Assembly: GCA_051859245.1 (NCBI GenBank)
Contig: JBHYGA010000004.1
Location: 256,001 to 320,000, forward strand
DNA from: Gemmatimonadaceae bacterium
GTDB taxonomy: Bacteria; Gemmatimonadota; Gemmatimonadetes; Gemmatimonadales; Gemmatimonadaceae
Direction of reading: 5' to 3'
Length of the DNA: 64,000 nt
Under the pieces are notes generated by a model. That model worked only from the letters and a program-made list of their open reading frames with translations. It did no database searches and had not been told where the DNA came from. A program made the translations under genes and the position numbers. Every line of letters begins with the position of its first letter. Position 1 is the stretch's first letter. Below, one piece after another: positions 1-8,916 of the stretch.

Positions 1-424
1 CTACAACGGCCTCCTGAATCGTGCGTGCCAGTGAAGGGCCACTAGCGCTGCCCTGCGTGGGCTCTCCCGCATAGTTCGACTGCACGGACGTGCCGGTTTG
101 CAACGCCAGTCGCCCGCGATAGCTCGGCGCGTCCAGCTTCACTTCAACAAACGCGAGGTTGATGTTGAACTCATTGTGACGGGCAGGTTGCGTGGTGAAC
201 GGCGTGCCGCCCGCAAAGGAGCGATCAACACTGGGCGGACGGCCTGCGTCCCACGCGAAGTACGTGTCAACGAAAGCACCAACGCTGATGCGTGGCGTGG
301 AATCGGTGGGTGCGGTCTGTGCGGTCTGTGCGCCGAGTGGCGACGTGGCGGCAACCAGTAGAAGCACGCTGACTGCAGCGCGTGACACGATCGCTGTCAT
401 CGGCTTCGTAGCGTCTAGATGCAT
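1..424 (-). CDS. Putative outer-membrane beta-barrel porin downstream of kdpC (partial, runs off the window start)
   Basis: Absent from the ORF track. Manual translation: MHLDATKPMTAIVSRAAVSVLLLVAATSPLGAQ...ISVGAFVDTYFAWD...RHNEFNINLAFVEVKLDAPSYRGRLALQTG..., open to base 1. Signal peptide and alternating beta-strand pattern; starts 12 bp after the kdpC stop; alternative ATG at 400. Confidence 0.75.
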   Translation of the reverse strand, partial: MHLDATKPMTAIVSRAAVSVLLLVAATSPLGAQTAQTAPTDSTPRISVGAFVDTYFAWDAGRPPSVDRSFAGGTPFTTQPARHNEFNINLAFVEVKLDAPSYRGRLALQTGTSVQSNYAGEPTQGSASGPSLARTIQEAVV

Positions 425-436
425 CGAAATTCTCAG

Positions 437-1045
437 TTAGAAGTTGGAGTTCCGCGCGCCGCTCAATCGCGGCATGGGGAACGCCGAGTCAATGGCAATG
501 TTGAGTAACAGGACATTCACGCGCGGCTCGCCGAACACACCGAACTGCCGTCCCTCGGTTCGCGTGTCAACGAGTTCTCGCACACGTGAGGAGTCAGCAC
601 CGCGAGCACTGGCCACACGCTTCACCTGAAGCTGCGCGTTCGCCGGGGAGATGTGTGGATCAAGCCCAGAGCCGCTGGCGGTCACAAGGTCGGACGGGAT
701 CGATCCCTTAACGGCGCCTAGTGTTGCCACCGCGCTGTCCACTCGCTCGACCAACACGGTGTCTGCCAGCTTGCGATCGGTTGGCCCCTTGTTGGTACCG
801 CCGGATGTGCCCGCGTCATAGCTGATCGCCGACGGACGCGAGTGAAAGTATTCGGCCCGCGTAAACGTTTGTCCGATCAGTTCGCTGCCAACAACCTGGC
901 CATTCACGGTAACGAGTGAGCCGTTGGCCTGCCTTGGGAAGAGCAGTTGCGCAGCACCCGTCACAATACCTGGATAGACCACGCCGGTGAGTACACACAT
1001 CACCGCCGTGAGCGTCAACGCCGAACGAATCGTATTCTTGAACAT
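437..1045 (-). CDS. kdpC: K+-transporting ATPase subunit C
   Basis: N-terminal TM, QANGSL, GSELIGQ, YFHSRPSA, DLVTASGSGLDPHISP, GEPRVNVLLLN; start set to ATG 1045. Confidence 0.97.
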   Translation of the reverse strand: MFKNTIRSALTLTAVMCVLTGVVYPGIVTGAAQLLFPRQANGSLVTVNGQVVGSELIGQTFTRAEYFHSRPSAISYDAGTSGGTNKGPTDRKLADTVLVERVDSAVATLGAVKGSIPSDLVTASGSGLDPHISPANAQLQVKRVASARGADSSRVRELVDTRTEGRQFGVFGEPRVNVLLLNIAIDSAFPMPRLSGARNSNF

Positions 1046-1067
1046 GTTAAGTCTCGTGAAGATGCGC

Positions 1068-3167
1068 TCAAACGAGCCGCAGGGTGACCAGCAACAGATC
1101 GATGAGTTTGATGCCGGCGAATGGCACAATGAGACCGCCAACACCGTACACCAGCAGATTATTTCGCAGCACGGAGGCAGCCGAAGACGGGCGATACGAC
1201 ACGCCGCGCAGGGCCAACGGAATCAGCGCGACGATAATTAGCGCGTTGAAAATGACCGAGGAGAGAATCGCGCTCGATGGCGAGTACAATCGCATGATGT
1301 TGAGCGGTTGCAGCACGCCGGACACGCCGTAGATGCTCACAAAAATGGCCGGGATGATCGCGAAGTACTTTGCCACATCGTTAGCGATCGAGAACGTGGT
1401 GAGCGAACCCCGCGTCATCAGCAGTTGCTTTCCGATCTCAACGATCTCAATCAGTTTGGTTGGATTGGAATCGAGGTCAATCATGTTGCCTGCTTCCTTC
1501 GCGGCTTGCGTGCCCGTGTTCATCGCGACACCAACGTCAGCCTGGGCGAGTGCAGGCGCGTCATTGGTGCCGTCTCCAGTCATGGCCACCAGCCGACCAC
1601 CGGCTTGCTCACGTTTGATGAGCGACATCTTGTCTTCGGGTGTCGCCTCTGCGAGGAAGTCGTCCACACCAGCTTCCTGCGCAATGGCCGCTGCAGTGAG
1701 TGGATTGTCACCGGTAATCATGACCGTGCGAATGCCCATGGCACGTAACCGGTCAAAGCGTTCGCGCATACCGCTCTTCACGATGTCCTTGAGATACACG
1801 ACTCCCAGCGCATGCGTGATGTCACCGTTGCGCTCCGCCACCACGAGCGGAGTGCCGCCAGCGCGGGCTACACGTTCGATCAGTCGTTCGAGATCAGCGG
1901 GCGCCGTGCCGCCGTGCTCACGCACCCAGCGCAACACGGCGTCGCCGGCGCCTTTGCGGACCTGATATCGATCAACGCGATTAACACCACTCATGCGGGT
2001 TGCCGCAGTGAAGGGCACGAACTCGAGATCGTCGCGCGCTGTCGTTGTTGACGAACCCTGGTGCCTGGCCAGCGCCACAATGCTTCGTCCTTCGGGGGTT
2101 TCGTCGGCCAGCGACGACAGCATGGCACAATCGGCCAGCGTTTGTGCATCGATACCGTCAACCGGGAGAAACTCTGCCGCCTGTCGATCGCCGAGTGTGA
2201 TGGTGCCCGTTTTATCGAGCAGCAGTGTATTCACATCGCCCGCGGCTTCAACCGCCCGTCCACTCATGGCAATCACATTCTGCTGAATGAGTCGGTCCAT
2301 GCCGGCAATACCAATCGCCGAAAGCAATCCGCCAATCGTTGTGGGGATCAGGCACACCAGGAGCGCAATCAGCACTGGCGTTGACACCGGCGACTCGGCA
2401 TAGATCGCGAACGGCTGAAGCGTTGCGACGGCGAGAATGAACACGACTGTCAATCCGACCAGCAGATTAGTCAACGCGATTTCGTTCGGCGTTTTCTGTC
2501 GCGCAGCGCCTTCCACCAGCGCGATCATGCGATCAATGAACGTCTCGCCAGGATTGGCGGTGATTCGAATGACCAGATAGTCGGACAGCACGCGCGTGCC
2601 ACCGGTCACCGCCGAACGATCGCCACCACTTTCGCGAATCACCGGTGCGCTCTCGCCCGTAATCGCACTCTCGTCGACGGACGCAACACCCTCGATGACC
2701 TCGCCGTCGCCCGGAATCACATCGCCAGGCAAACAGAGCACTTCATCATCGCGACGCAGCGCCGAGGCCGGTGTCTGAATAACCGGCGCGCGCTCGGTAT
2801 TCCCATTCAACGGGCCGCTAATCGCCAGCTTGCGCGCGTTTGTTTGCGTGCGGCTCTTGCGAAGCGTATCAGCCTGCGCCTTTCCACGCCCCTCCGCCAT
2901 CGCTTCAGCGAAGTTCGCGAAAAGCACCGTGAACCACAGCCAGATCGTGAGCTGCACAAGGAAGCTGATGTCGGGTGCACCGGTGGCGAGCGCATGGATC
3001 AGCGCGCCGGTGGTATATACGGAACCAAGCAACACCACGAACATGACCGGATTCTTGATCATCACACGCGGATCAAGTTTGCGGACTGCGTCGATCAAGG
3101 CGCGCCGAACGAGTGCGCCGGCAAACAGCGGACGTGGGGCCGCGTCCTTACTCGTTTGTGTATTCAT
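1068..3167 (-). CDS. kdpB: K+-transporting P-type ATPase subunit B
   Basis: [38 protein letters not shown]. Confidence 0.98.
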   Translation of the reverse strand: MNTQTSKDAAPRPLFAGALVRRALIDAVRKLDPRVMIKNPVMFVVLLGSVYTTGALIHALATGAPDISFLVQLTIWLWFTVLFANFAEAMAEGRGKAQADTLRKSRTQTNARKLAISGPLNGNTERAPVIQTPASALRRDDEVLCLPGDVIPGDGEVIEGVASVDESAITGESAPVIRESGGDRSAVTGGTRVLSDYLVIRITANPGETFIDRMIALVEGAARQKTPNEIALTNLLVGLTVVFILAVATLQPFAIYAESPVSTPVLIALLVCLIPTTIGGLLSAIGIAGMDRLIQQNVIAMSGRAVEAAGDVNTLLLDKTGTITLGDRQAAEFLPVDGIDAQTLADCAMLSSLADETPEGRSIVALARHQGSSTTTARDDLEFVPFTAATRMSGVNRVDRYQVRKGAGDAVLRWVREHGGTAPADLERLIERVARAGGTPLVVAERNGDITHALGVVYLKDIVKSGMRERFDRLRAMGIRTVMITGDNPLTAAAIAQEAGVDDFLAEATPEDKMSLIKREQAGGRLVAMTGDGTNDAPALAQADVGVAMNTGTQAAKEAGNMIDLDSNPTKLIEIVEIGKQLLMTRGSLTTFSIANDVAKYFAIIPAIFVSIYGVSGVLQPLNIMRLYSPSSAILSSVIFNALIIVALIPLALRGVSYRPSSAASVLRNNLLVYGVGGLIVPFAGIKLIDLLLVTLRLV

Positions 3168-4888
3168 GACAGCACCCCCGCTCCCATCAAAAAGAACTCG
3201 GCAATCGGTGCGAGCGCGAGCACCGGGAAGAACGTCAGCGCACCCACCACGAGCACCACGCCCAGCAGCAGCGAACTGAAGAGCACCCCCGAGACAGGAA
3301 ACGTGCCGAGTGACGCGGGAACGACACGCTTCTCCGCAAGAAATCCGGCGAGCGCGATCACGGGCACAATGAGTGCAAACCGGCCGATCAACGTAGCCAT
3401 GCCCAGCTGCGTGTTGTACCAGTACGAGCCACCCGTCAGTCCGGCGAACGCGGAGCCGTTGTTTGCCGTCGCTGACGAGAACGCGTAGAGGATCTCAGAG
3501 AGGCCATGCGGACCGGCATTGTTGAGTCCGGCCAAGCCCTGCGGCGCAATGCTGCTGATTGCCGAAAAGATCAGAGTCGATGCCGCCGCAGCGAGCACGT
3601 ACAGCATGGTCATTTGCACTTCGCGCGCCTGAATTTTTTTGCCCAGATATTCCGGCGTACGGCCAACCATGAGACCGGCGATAAACACGGTGAGCACCAC
3701 CATGATCAGCATGCCGTAGAGGCCGGCGCCCACTCCACCAAAGACCACTTCACCAAGTTGCATGTTCACAATCGGCACCAGTCCGCCGATCGGCGTGAAC
3801 GAATCGTGCATGGCATTCACTGCGCCGCACGATGCCGCCGTGGTCACCACGCTGTAGAGCGAGGAGTTGGTGATGCCAAAACGCACTTCCTTGCCTTCCA
3901 TGTTGCCGCCCGGACTGACGGCGGTTGTCACCACATCAACACCGCGTGCCGCATGAATCGGATTGCCGCGTGATTCCGCCCAATACGTGGTCGCAACACC
4001 GGCAATAAACAGCGCAAACATGGTTGCCCAGACACTCCACGCGTGGCGCAAATGTCCGGTGGTGTAACCGAGGAAGTACACCAGCGCCGACGGAATCATG
4101 AAGATCGTGATGAGCGACCAGAGATTCGACCACGGCGTCGGATTCTCAAACGGATGCGCCGCATTGGCATTGAAGAAGCCGCCACCGTTTGTACCAAGCT
4201 GTTTGATGGCTTCCTGACTGCCCACGGGCCCCATGGCGATGATCTGTTTCGCGCCCTCAAGCGTGGTGACCTCGAGGTACGACGAAAAGTTCTGGATCAC
4301 ACCCTGCTGCACCAGAATGAGCGACACCACAAGCGACATCGGCAGCAGTACGTACAGCACACCGCGTGTGAGATCCACCCAGAAGTTGCCGAGTCGTCCA
4401 CGAGCGACCTCGCCGCGTCGTGCAAAGCCGCGCACCAGGGCAACGGCCACCGCGAGCCCCGCTGCCGCAGACACGAAGTTGTGAAACGCGAGCTGCGTCA
4501 TCTGCGAGAAGTACGACATCGTCGTCTCGCCGCCGTAGCTCTGCCAGTTCGTATTGGTAGTGAATGACGCGGCCGTCTCGAACGCTTGTCGATCCGGCAA
4601 TGGGGCGAGTCCCTGCGGATTCAGCGGTAGCAGGTGCTGCAAGCGAAGCACCGCGTAGGTCATCAGCATCGACGCGCCACTGAACAGCAGCAGGCTGGCC
4701 AGATAGCGCGTCCAGTGCTGGTCATCGTCTCGCTTCACACCACTGATCGCGTAGATCGGACGCTCAAGAAATCCAAGCCACGACGCCGAACCGTCGAACA
4801 CGCGAACGAGATACAACCCAAGCGGTTTGGCAACCGCCAGAGTACTCAGACTAAAGATTGCGATTTGCACCCAGCCGTTGGCGGTCAT
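3164..4888 (-). CDS. kdpA: K+-transporting ATPase subunit A
   Basis: Four filter motifs [29 protein letters not shown], plus MEGKEVRFG and [10 protein letters not shown]; start set to ATG 4888; ATGA overlap with kdpB. Confidence 0.97.
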   Translation of the reverse strand: MTANGWVQIAIFSLSTLAVAKPLGLYLVRVFDGSASWLGFLERPIYAISGVKRDDDQHWTRYLASLLLFSGASMLMTYAVLRLQHLLPLNPQGLAPLPDRQAFETAASFTTNTNWQSYGGETTMSYFSQMTQLAFHNFVSAAAGLAVAVALVRGFARRGEVARGRLGNFWVDLTRGVLYVLLPMSLVVSLILVQQGVIQNFSSYLEVTTLEGAKQIIAMGPVGSQEAIKQLGTNGGGFFNANAAHPFENPTPWSNLWSLITIFMIPSALVYFLGYTTGHLRHAWSVWATMFALFIAGVATTYWAESRGNPIHAARGVDVVTTAVSPGGNMEGKEVRFGITNSSLYSVVTTAASCGAVNAMHDSFTPIGGLVPIVNMQLGEVVFGGVGAGLYGMLIMVVLTVFIAGLMVGRTPEYLGKKIQAREVQMTMLYVLAAAASTLIFSAISSIAPQGLAGLNNAGPHGLSEILYAFSSATANNGSAFAGLTGGSYWYNTQLGMATLIGRFALIVPVIALAGFLAEKRVVPASLGTFPVSGVLFSSLLLGVVLVVGALTFFPVLALAPIAEFFLMGAGVLS

Positions 4889-5013
4889 TGCGCCGAATCC
4901 TCGGCGGCGACGTCGCCGGGTTGGCGTTCGCCAAGCGCTTCGCAGAGGCGTACGTACCCCAGCATCAGCGCAAAAAACAGCAGGGTGCCCACGATGTAGG
5001 CGAAATCGAGCAC
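4885..5013 (-). CDS. 42-aa single-TM peptide at the kdpF position
   Basis: GTG start after [47 protein letters not shown]; stop overlaps the kdpA start (ATGA). Confidence 0.75.
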   Translation of the reverse strand: MLDFAYIVGTLLFFALMLGYVRLCEALGERQPGDVAAEDSAQ

Positions 5014-5073
5014 GACAGATTCCTCGGTAGAGAATGCGAAAACGGCGTTGCACGAGGATCATGTCGATCCAGT

Positions 5074-5122
5074 CGTGAACGCCGCGCAAAAACCACCAGA
5101 GTCCGCGTAAAGACAACACAAA
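5074..5122 (-). promoter_or_regulatory. Two putative KdpE binding sites upstream of the kdpABC operon
   Basis: Minus strand TTTGTG-N5-TTTACG (5122-5106) and TTTGCG-N5-TTCACG (5090-5074); 11-bp-period direct repeats resembling the E. coli KdpE site TTTATA-N5-TTTACA. Confidence 0.6.
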
Positions 5123-5133
5123 AATTTCCTGCG

Positions 5134-6747
5134 CTACTCCAGCTGCGGCATGGACACCGCAGGCAGCGTCAGGGTGAATAGTGAACCACCCGCAGCGCGC
5201 GCACGATACGTCACTCGGCCGCCCTGCGATTCCGCCAGACCACGCGCAATGGACAACCCGAGGCCTGTCCCGCGCACATCGGCGGCGGCTTGTGCCGGTC
5301 GGTAGAACGGCTCAAAAATTCGTTCGACCTCCGAGGCCGCGACACCGGGTCCTTCGTCGGCCACCGTGATGCACAACAGATCGTTTTCACGGGCGGCCGA
5401 TATCTCGATCGTGCTGCCGACGGGCGAATACTTGCCGGCATTCTCCAGCAAGTTCACGAGAATGCGCAGCGTCTGTGAAAAGTCGAATCGTCCGGCCAGC
5501 ACATCATCGGTCACGGAAACAACAACCGTGTGCCCTGCCAGTGTAATGCGCGTTTGCTGCATGGCCGCGCCAATCAGCTCATCCGCGGTATTGACTTGCA
5601 CAACCGGGCGCACCGCGCCTGCCTGAATACGCGACAAGTCGAGCAGATCAGCCACCATGTGATCAAGCCGGTCGGCCTCCTGCTCAATACTCAGGCCGCG
5701 CGACGTACTGAGTTCGCCCTCCGCGATTTCGTGCGCCAGCCCTTTGATGGTGGTGAGAGGTGTCCGCAAATCGTGTGACACCGCCGTCAACAGCGCACTG
5801 CGCAGTACTTCGGCCTGGCGTTCTGCCTCGGCCCGCTCCACGGTGGCCACCAAGCGCACTCGTTCCACGCCAAGCGCGGCGTAGTATGAGAGCGCGTCGA
5901 GTAGTCGCGCTCGATCCGAGGTCAACCAGAGACCGTGTACTGCCGACACGCGAAGCACCCCCACTGACTGCGTGCGGACCCGTAGCGTGCGGTACAGGAC
6001 ACGCACCTGCACCGGCTCACGCAGTTCCGGGTCGAGCCGCGTCGTGCCGTCCATCAACTCCACCGCTGTTTCTGCACGTCCCGCCAGCCACGGCAGAAAC
6101 GTGAGCTGTGACGTTGCGTCCGCCACGTCGTGCGTTGGCGGTGCGTCGTCGTGAGGTTCGCTGTTTTGTGCTTCAATGTGCTCGGCGTCTCGCGCGACGT
6201 TTCCCTCGCTGTTGCGCCGCAGCTTTGCAGACACAGCTGCCGCCGGCTGCAACGCGCCACCGGCATCCAGTTTGAACAACGCGCAGCTGTCGGCGCCGAG
6301 TGCATCGCGAATGACCAGTGCCATGGCGTGCAGAGCCGCGCTCGCGTCGGGTGCGCTCAGCGCCTCGGCACCAAGCGTTGCCAGCCGATCAACTTCGTCA
6401 GCTCGACGATTGGCGAGTTCTGTGGTGCGATTCGCGCGGTGGAGTAACTGAGCCGCGACCGCACTCGTGACGAGAAACGCCACAAGCACTAACCAGTCAA
6501 GCGGGTCCGAGATGATCAGTGTGAAATGCGGTGGCAGAAAGAGAAAGTTGAATCCGAGGAATGCCAGCGCCGCGATGCTGAGCCCGAGTATGCGTCCGCC
6601 CGCCGCGCTCGCGCCAAGCACAACGAGCAGATAGGCGAGTGTGATGTGGGTTTTGTCGAGCTGATCGCGTCCAACCCACAGCAGCGCCGTAACGGCCAGC
6701 AGTGCAGCGCCGGCCAGTATTGCTGCGCGCACGTTCGCGCGTGTCAT
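5134..6747 (-). CDS. kdpD: KdpD-type sensor histidine kinase (4-TM, GAF-like, HisKA, HATPase) without the N-terminal KdpD/Usp domains
   Basis: Begins directly with 4 TMs (FNFLFLPPHFTL); H-box AVSHDLRTPLT, N-box NLLENAGKYS, DEGPG, GTGLGLSI; lies between kdpE and kdpA. Confidence 0.88.
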   Translation of the reverse strand: MTRANVRAAILAGAALLAVTALLWVGRDQLDKTHITLAYLLVVLGASAAGGRILGLSIAALAFLGFNFLFLPPHFTLIISDPLDWLVLVAFLVTSAVAAQLLHRANRTTELANRRADEVDRLATLGAEALSAPDASAALHAMALVIRDALGADSCALFKLDAGGALQPAAAVSAKLRRNSEGNVARDAEHIEAQNSEPHDDAPPTHDVADATSQLTFLPWLAGRAETAVELMDGTTRLDPELREPVQVRVLYRTLRVRTQSVGVLRVSAVHGLWLTSDRARLLDALSYYAALGVERVRLVATVERAEAERQAEVLRSALLTAVSHDLRTPLTTIKGLAHEIAEGELSTSRGLSIEQEADRLDHMVADLLDLSRIQAGAVRPVVQVNTADELIGAAMQQTRITLAGHTVVVSVTDDVLAGRFDFSQTLRILVNLLENAGKYSPVGSTIEISAARENDLLCITVADEGPGVAASEVERIFEPFYRPAQAAADVRGTGLGLSIARGLAESQGGRVTYRARAAGGSLFTLTLPAVSMPQLE

Positions 6748-7505
6748 GTGGGCAACACGCCGTCGGGTTCGAACCGGTATCCCACACCTGCTTCCGTCTG
6801 CAGGAATCTCGGCCGCACCGGATCCGCTTCAATCTTGCGTCGCAGATGGCCCACGTACACGCGCAGATACTGCTGCGCATCGCCCTCGGCGTTGCCCCAT
6901 ACTTTGGTGAAGAGTTGTCGGTGCGTCAGCGTTTGACGTGGATGCGAGACGAGCGTACGTAGCAGCGCGAACTCCGTGGGCGTCAGATGCAAGAGCGTGT
7001 GAGCCCGTTCGACGCGACGCAACTGCAAATCGACAACAATGTCACCGAACGCAACGCGCGCTGACGCGTCATCGATTTGTGCCGGCGCCATGCGGGCGCG
7101 CCGAAGCTGGGCGCGTACACGCGCGAGTAGCTCCACGGTGGCAAATGGCTTGGTCATGTAGTCGTCGGCGCCAGCATCGAGCAGCGCAACCTTTTCGAGA
7201 TCCTGGTGCCTCGCGGAAAGGACGAGAATCGGAACCGTGCTCCATTTGCGGATCTCAACGCACACGTCCAACCCGTTGCCGTCTGGCAACCCCAGGTCGA
7301 GCACAATCAGCGAAGGCATTGCTGACGCGGCAATATCGATGCCCTCACGCGCCGTGGCCGCTTCGACGACTCGCACCGTTGCGCTCTCGTTGCCAAACAG
7401 CGCCGACGACGTCAGGGCATGACTGATGAGCCGGCGAATTTGCGGTTCGTCGTCTACGACCAGCACCGTCAGGGTACCATTGCCGGAGGCGTGTTCCACG
7501 GGCAC
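6744..7505 (-). CDS. kdpE: OmpR-family response regulator KdpE
   Basis: VVDDEPQIRR, LDLGLPD, GADDYMTKPF, LTPTEF, QYLRVYVGHLRRKIE, TEAGVGYRF. Confidence 0.93.
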   Translation of the reverse strand: MPVEHASGNGTLTVLVVDDEPQIRRLISHALTSSALFGNESATVRVVEAATAREGIDIAASAMPSLIVLDLGLPDGNGLDVCVEIRKWSTVPILVLSARHQDLEKVALLDAGADDYMTKPFATVELLARVRAQLRRARMAPAQIDDASARVAFGDIVVDLQLRRVERAHTLLHLTPTEFALLRTLVSHPRQTLTHRQLFTKVWGNAEGDAQQYLRVYVGHLRRKIEADPVRPRFLQTEAGVGYRFEPDGVLPT

Positions 7506-7545
7506 ACTGAAGGCTACGGCGTTTACGCTAGCGGCGCCAAGTCAC

Positions 7546-7562
7546 TTTGTGAGATCTTTATG
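7546..7562 (+). promoter_or_regulatory. Putative third KdpE-type box in the kdpE / peptidase divergent gap
   Basis: TTTGTG-AGATC-TTTATG, same pattern as the kdpA boxes, followed by TTGACG at 7565-7570. Confidence 0.4.
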
Positions 7563-7609
7563 CGTTGACGCAGACCGCCCCGAACGTTCCTCTCGCCGTA
7601 CCCCCGCCC

Positions 7610-8911
7610 ATGCGCTTCCAGACTTCGCTGCTCGTTGCGACGCTCGCCCTCGCCGTTGCCGCAGGCTCCCCGCTCGCCGCACAGACGTACCCCACCAGCT
7701 GGGACCCGGCCATCATGCAGCGCGCCGATGTGAAGGCCGCGCTCTCCATGATCGAGCAGCGATTTCCGCAGCAGCGCGATGAGTGGATCCGGCTCACCGA
7801 GATTCCAGGCAAGTCGAAACTCGAACAGGCGCGCGGCGCCTACGTGAAGCGCGTATTTGAAGAAGAAGGACTACGCGTTTCCGTGGACTCCATCGGCAAC
7901 GTCACTGGCGTGCGCAAGGGCACGGGCGGCGGACCGACCATCGCCATTGCCGCGCACATGGATGTGGTGTTTCCGCCCGAAACCAACACGAAAGTGCGAG
8001 TGGTGGGCGACACGCTCTACGCACCGGGCATTGGTGACAACACCGCGTCAGTCGCCAACATGCTCGCCACGCTCCGCGTGATGAACGCCACCAAGTTCAC
8101 GAGCAAAGGCGACATCATTTTCATTGGCACCGTGCAGGAAGAGCTCGGCCTCAAAGGCATGGAGTACTGGCTCGAACACAATCCCGCACCGGATCTGCTC
8201 ATTGTGCCGGATGGTCAGTACGGTGTGGTGAGCTACGGTGCACTTGGCATTTACTGGACCAAGTACGTCTTCACGAGCCCGGGCGCGCACACCCTCGCTT
8301 CGCGCGGACGCCCCACACCGGTGCGCGCGCTCGCCGCTGCGATTGAGCGGCTTTATGCGCTGCAGTTCGCGCCCTTGCCTGATGGCGCCGTCATGAACAT
8401 TGGACAGGTGCGTGGTGGCGAAATTTTTAACGCGGTACCGCAGGAAGTGTATTTCACCGTCGACCTGCGCAGCCCGGATCCGAAGTTGCTCGACTCACTC
8501 GATGCACACATCACAAAAATCGTGCAGTCTGTGGCAGACTCACAGAAAGTCGGGCTGCGCGTAGAGATCGATCAGAAGAGCCGCGCCGGCGGTACCGAGA
8601 AACAACTCGAAGGCGCACGCGCACACCCGATTGTGCAAACGGCCATCGACATCAATCGTGCGCTCGACATCAGCGTTGGCATGCCTGGCGCGCGTGAAGC
8701 CGTGCCAACGGGCGCCACCGATGCCAACTCGGGCGTGGTGCGAAAAATTCCGAGTATTGCCATCGGTGGGTCCAAAGCATCAGGTGCGCATCAGCTCACG
8801 GAATACGCGATTGCGTCGAGTGCACTGCCGAGCACCAAGTTGTTGTATCTGCTCACCGCAACGTTCGCGGATGGCGTCAAGACGGTTACACCTGCCCGCA
8901 TCGTACCATAA
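7610..8911 (+). CDS. Exported M20/M25/M40 family metallopeptidase or amidohydrolase
   Basis: Signal peptide from ATG 7610; AAHMDVV, GIGDN, QEELG, GATDAN, GAH metal-ligand motifs. Confidence 0.88.
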   Translation: MRFQTSLLVATLALAVAAGSPLAAQTYPTSWDPAIMQRADVKAALSMIEQRFPQQRDEWIRLTEIPGKSKLEQARGAYVKRVFEEEGLRVSVDSIGNVTGVRKGTGGGPTIAIAAHMDVVFPPETNTKVRVVGDTLYAPGIGDNTASVANMLATLRVMNATKFTSKGDIIFIGTVQEELGLKGMEYWLEHNPAPDLLIVPDGQYGVVSYGALGIYWTKYVFTSPGAHTLASRGRPTPVRALAAAIERLYALQFAPLPDGAVMNIGQVRGGEIFNAVPQEVYFTVDLRSPDPKLLDSLDAHITKIVQSVADSQKVGLRVEIDQKSRAGGTEKQLEGARAHPIVQTAIDINRALDISVGMPGAREAVPTGATDANSGVVRKIPSIAIGGSKASGAHQLTEYAIASSALPSTKLLYLLTATFADGVKTVTPARIVP

Positions 8912-8916
8912 GCTGA

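Noticed and set aside
4889..5119. 77-aa N-terminal extension of KdpA in the ORF track
   Set aside because: Artefact of an upstream alternative start; the region holds the peptide gene and KdpE boxes. Similar over-extensions were trimmed for other genes.
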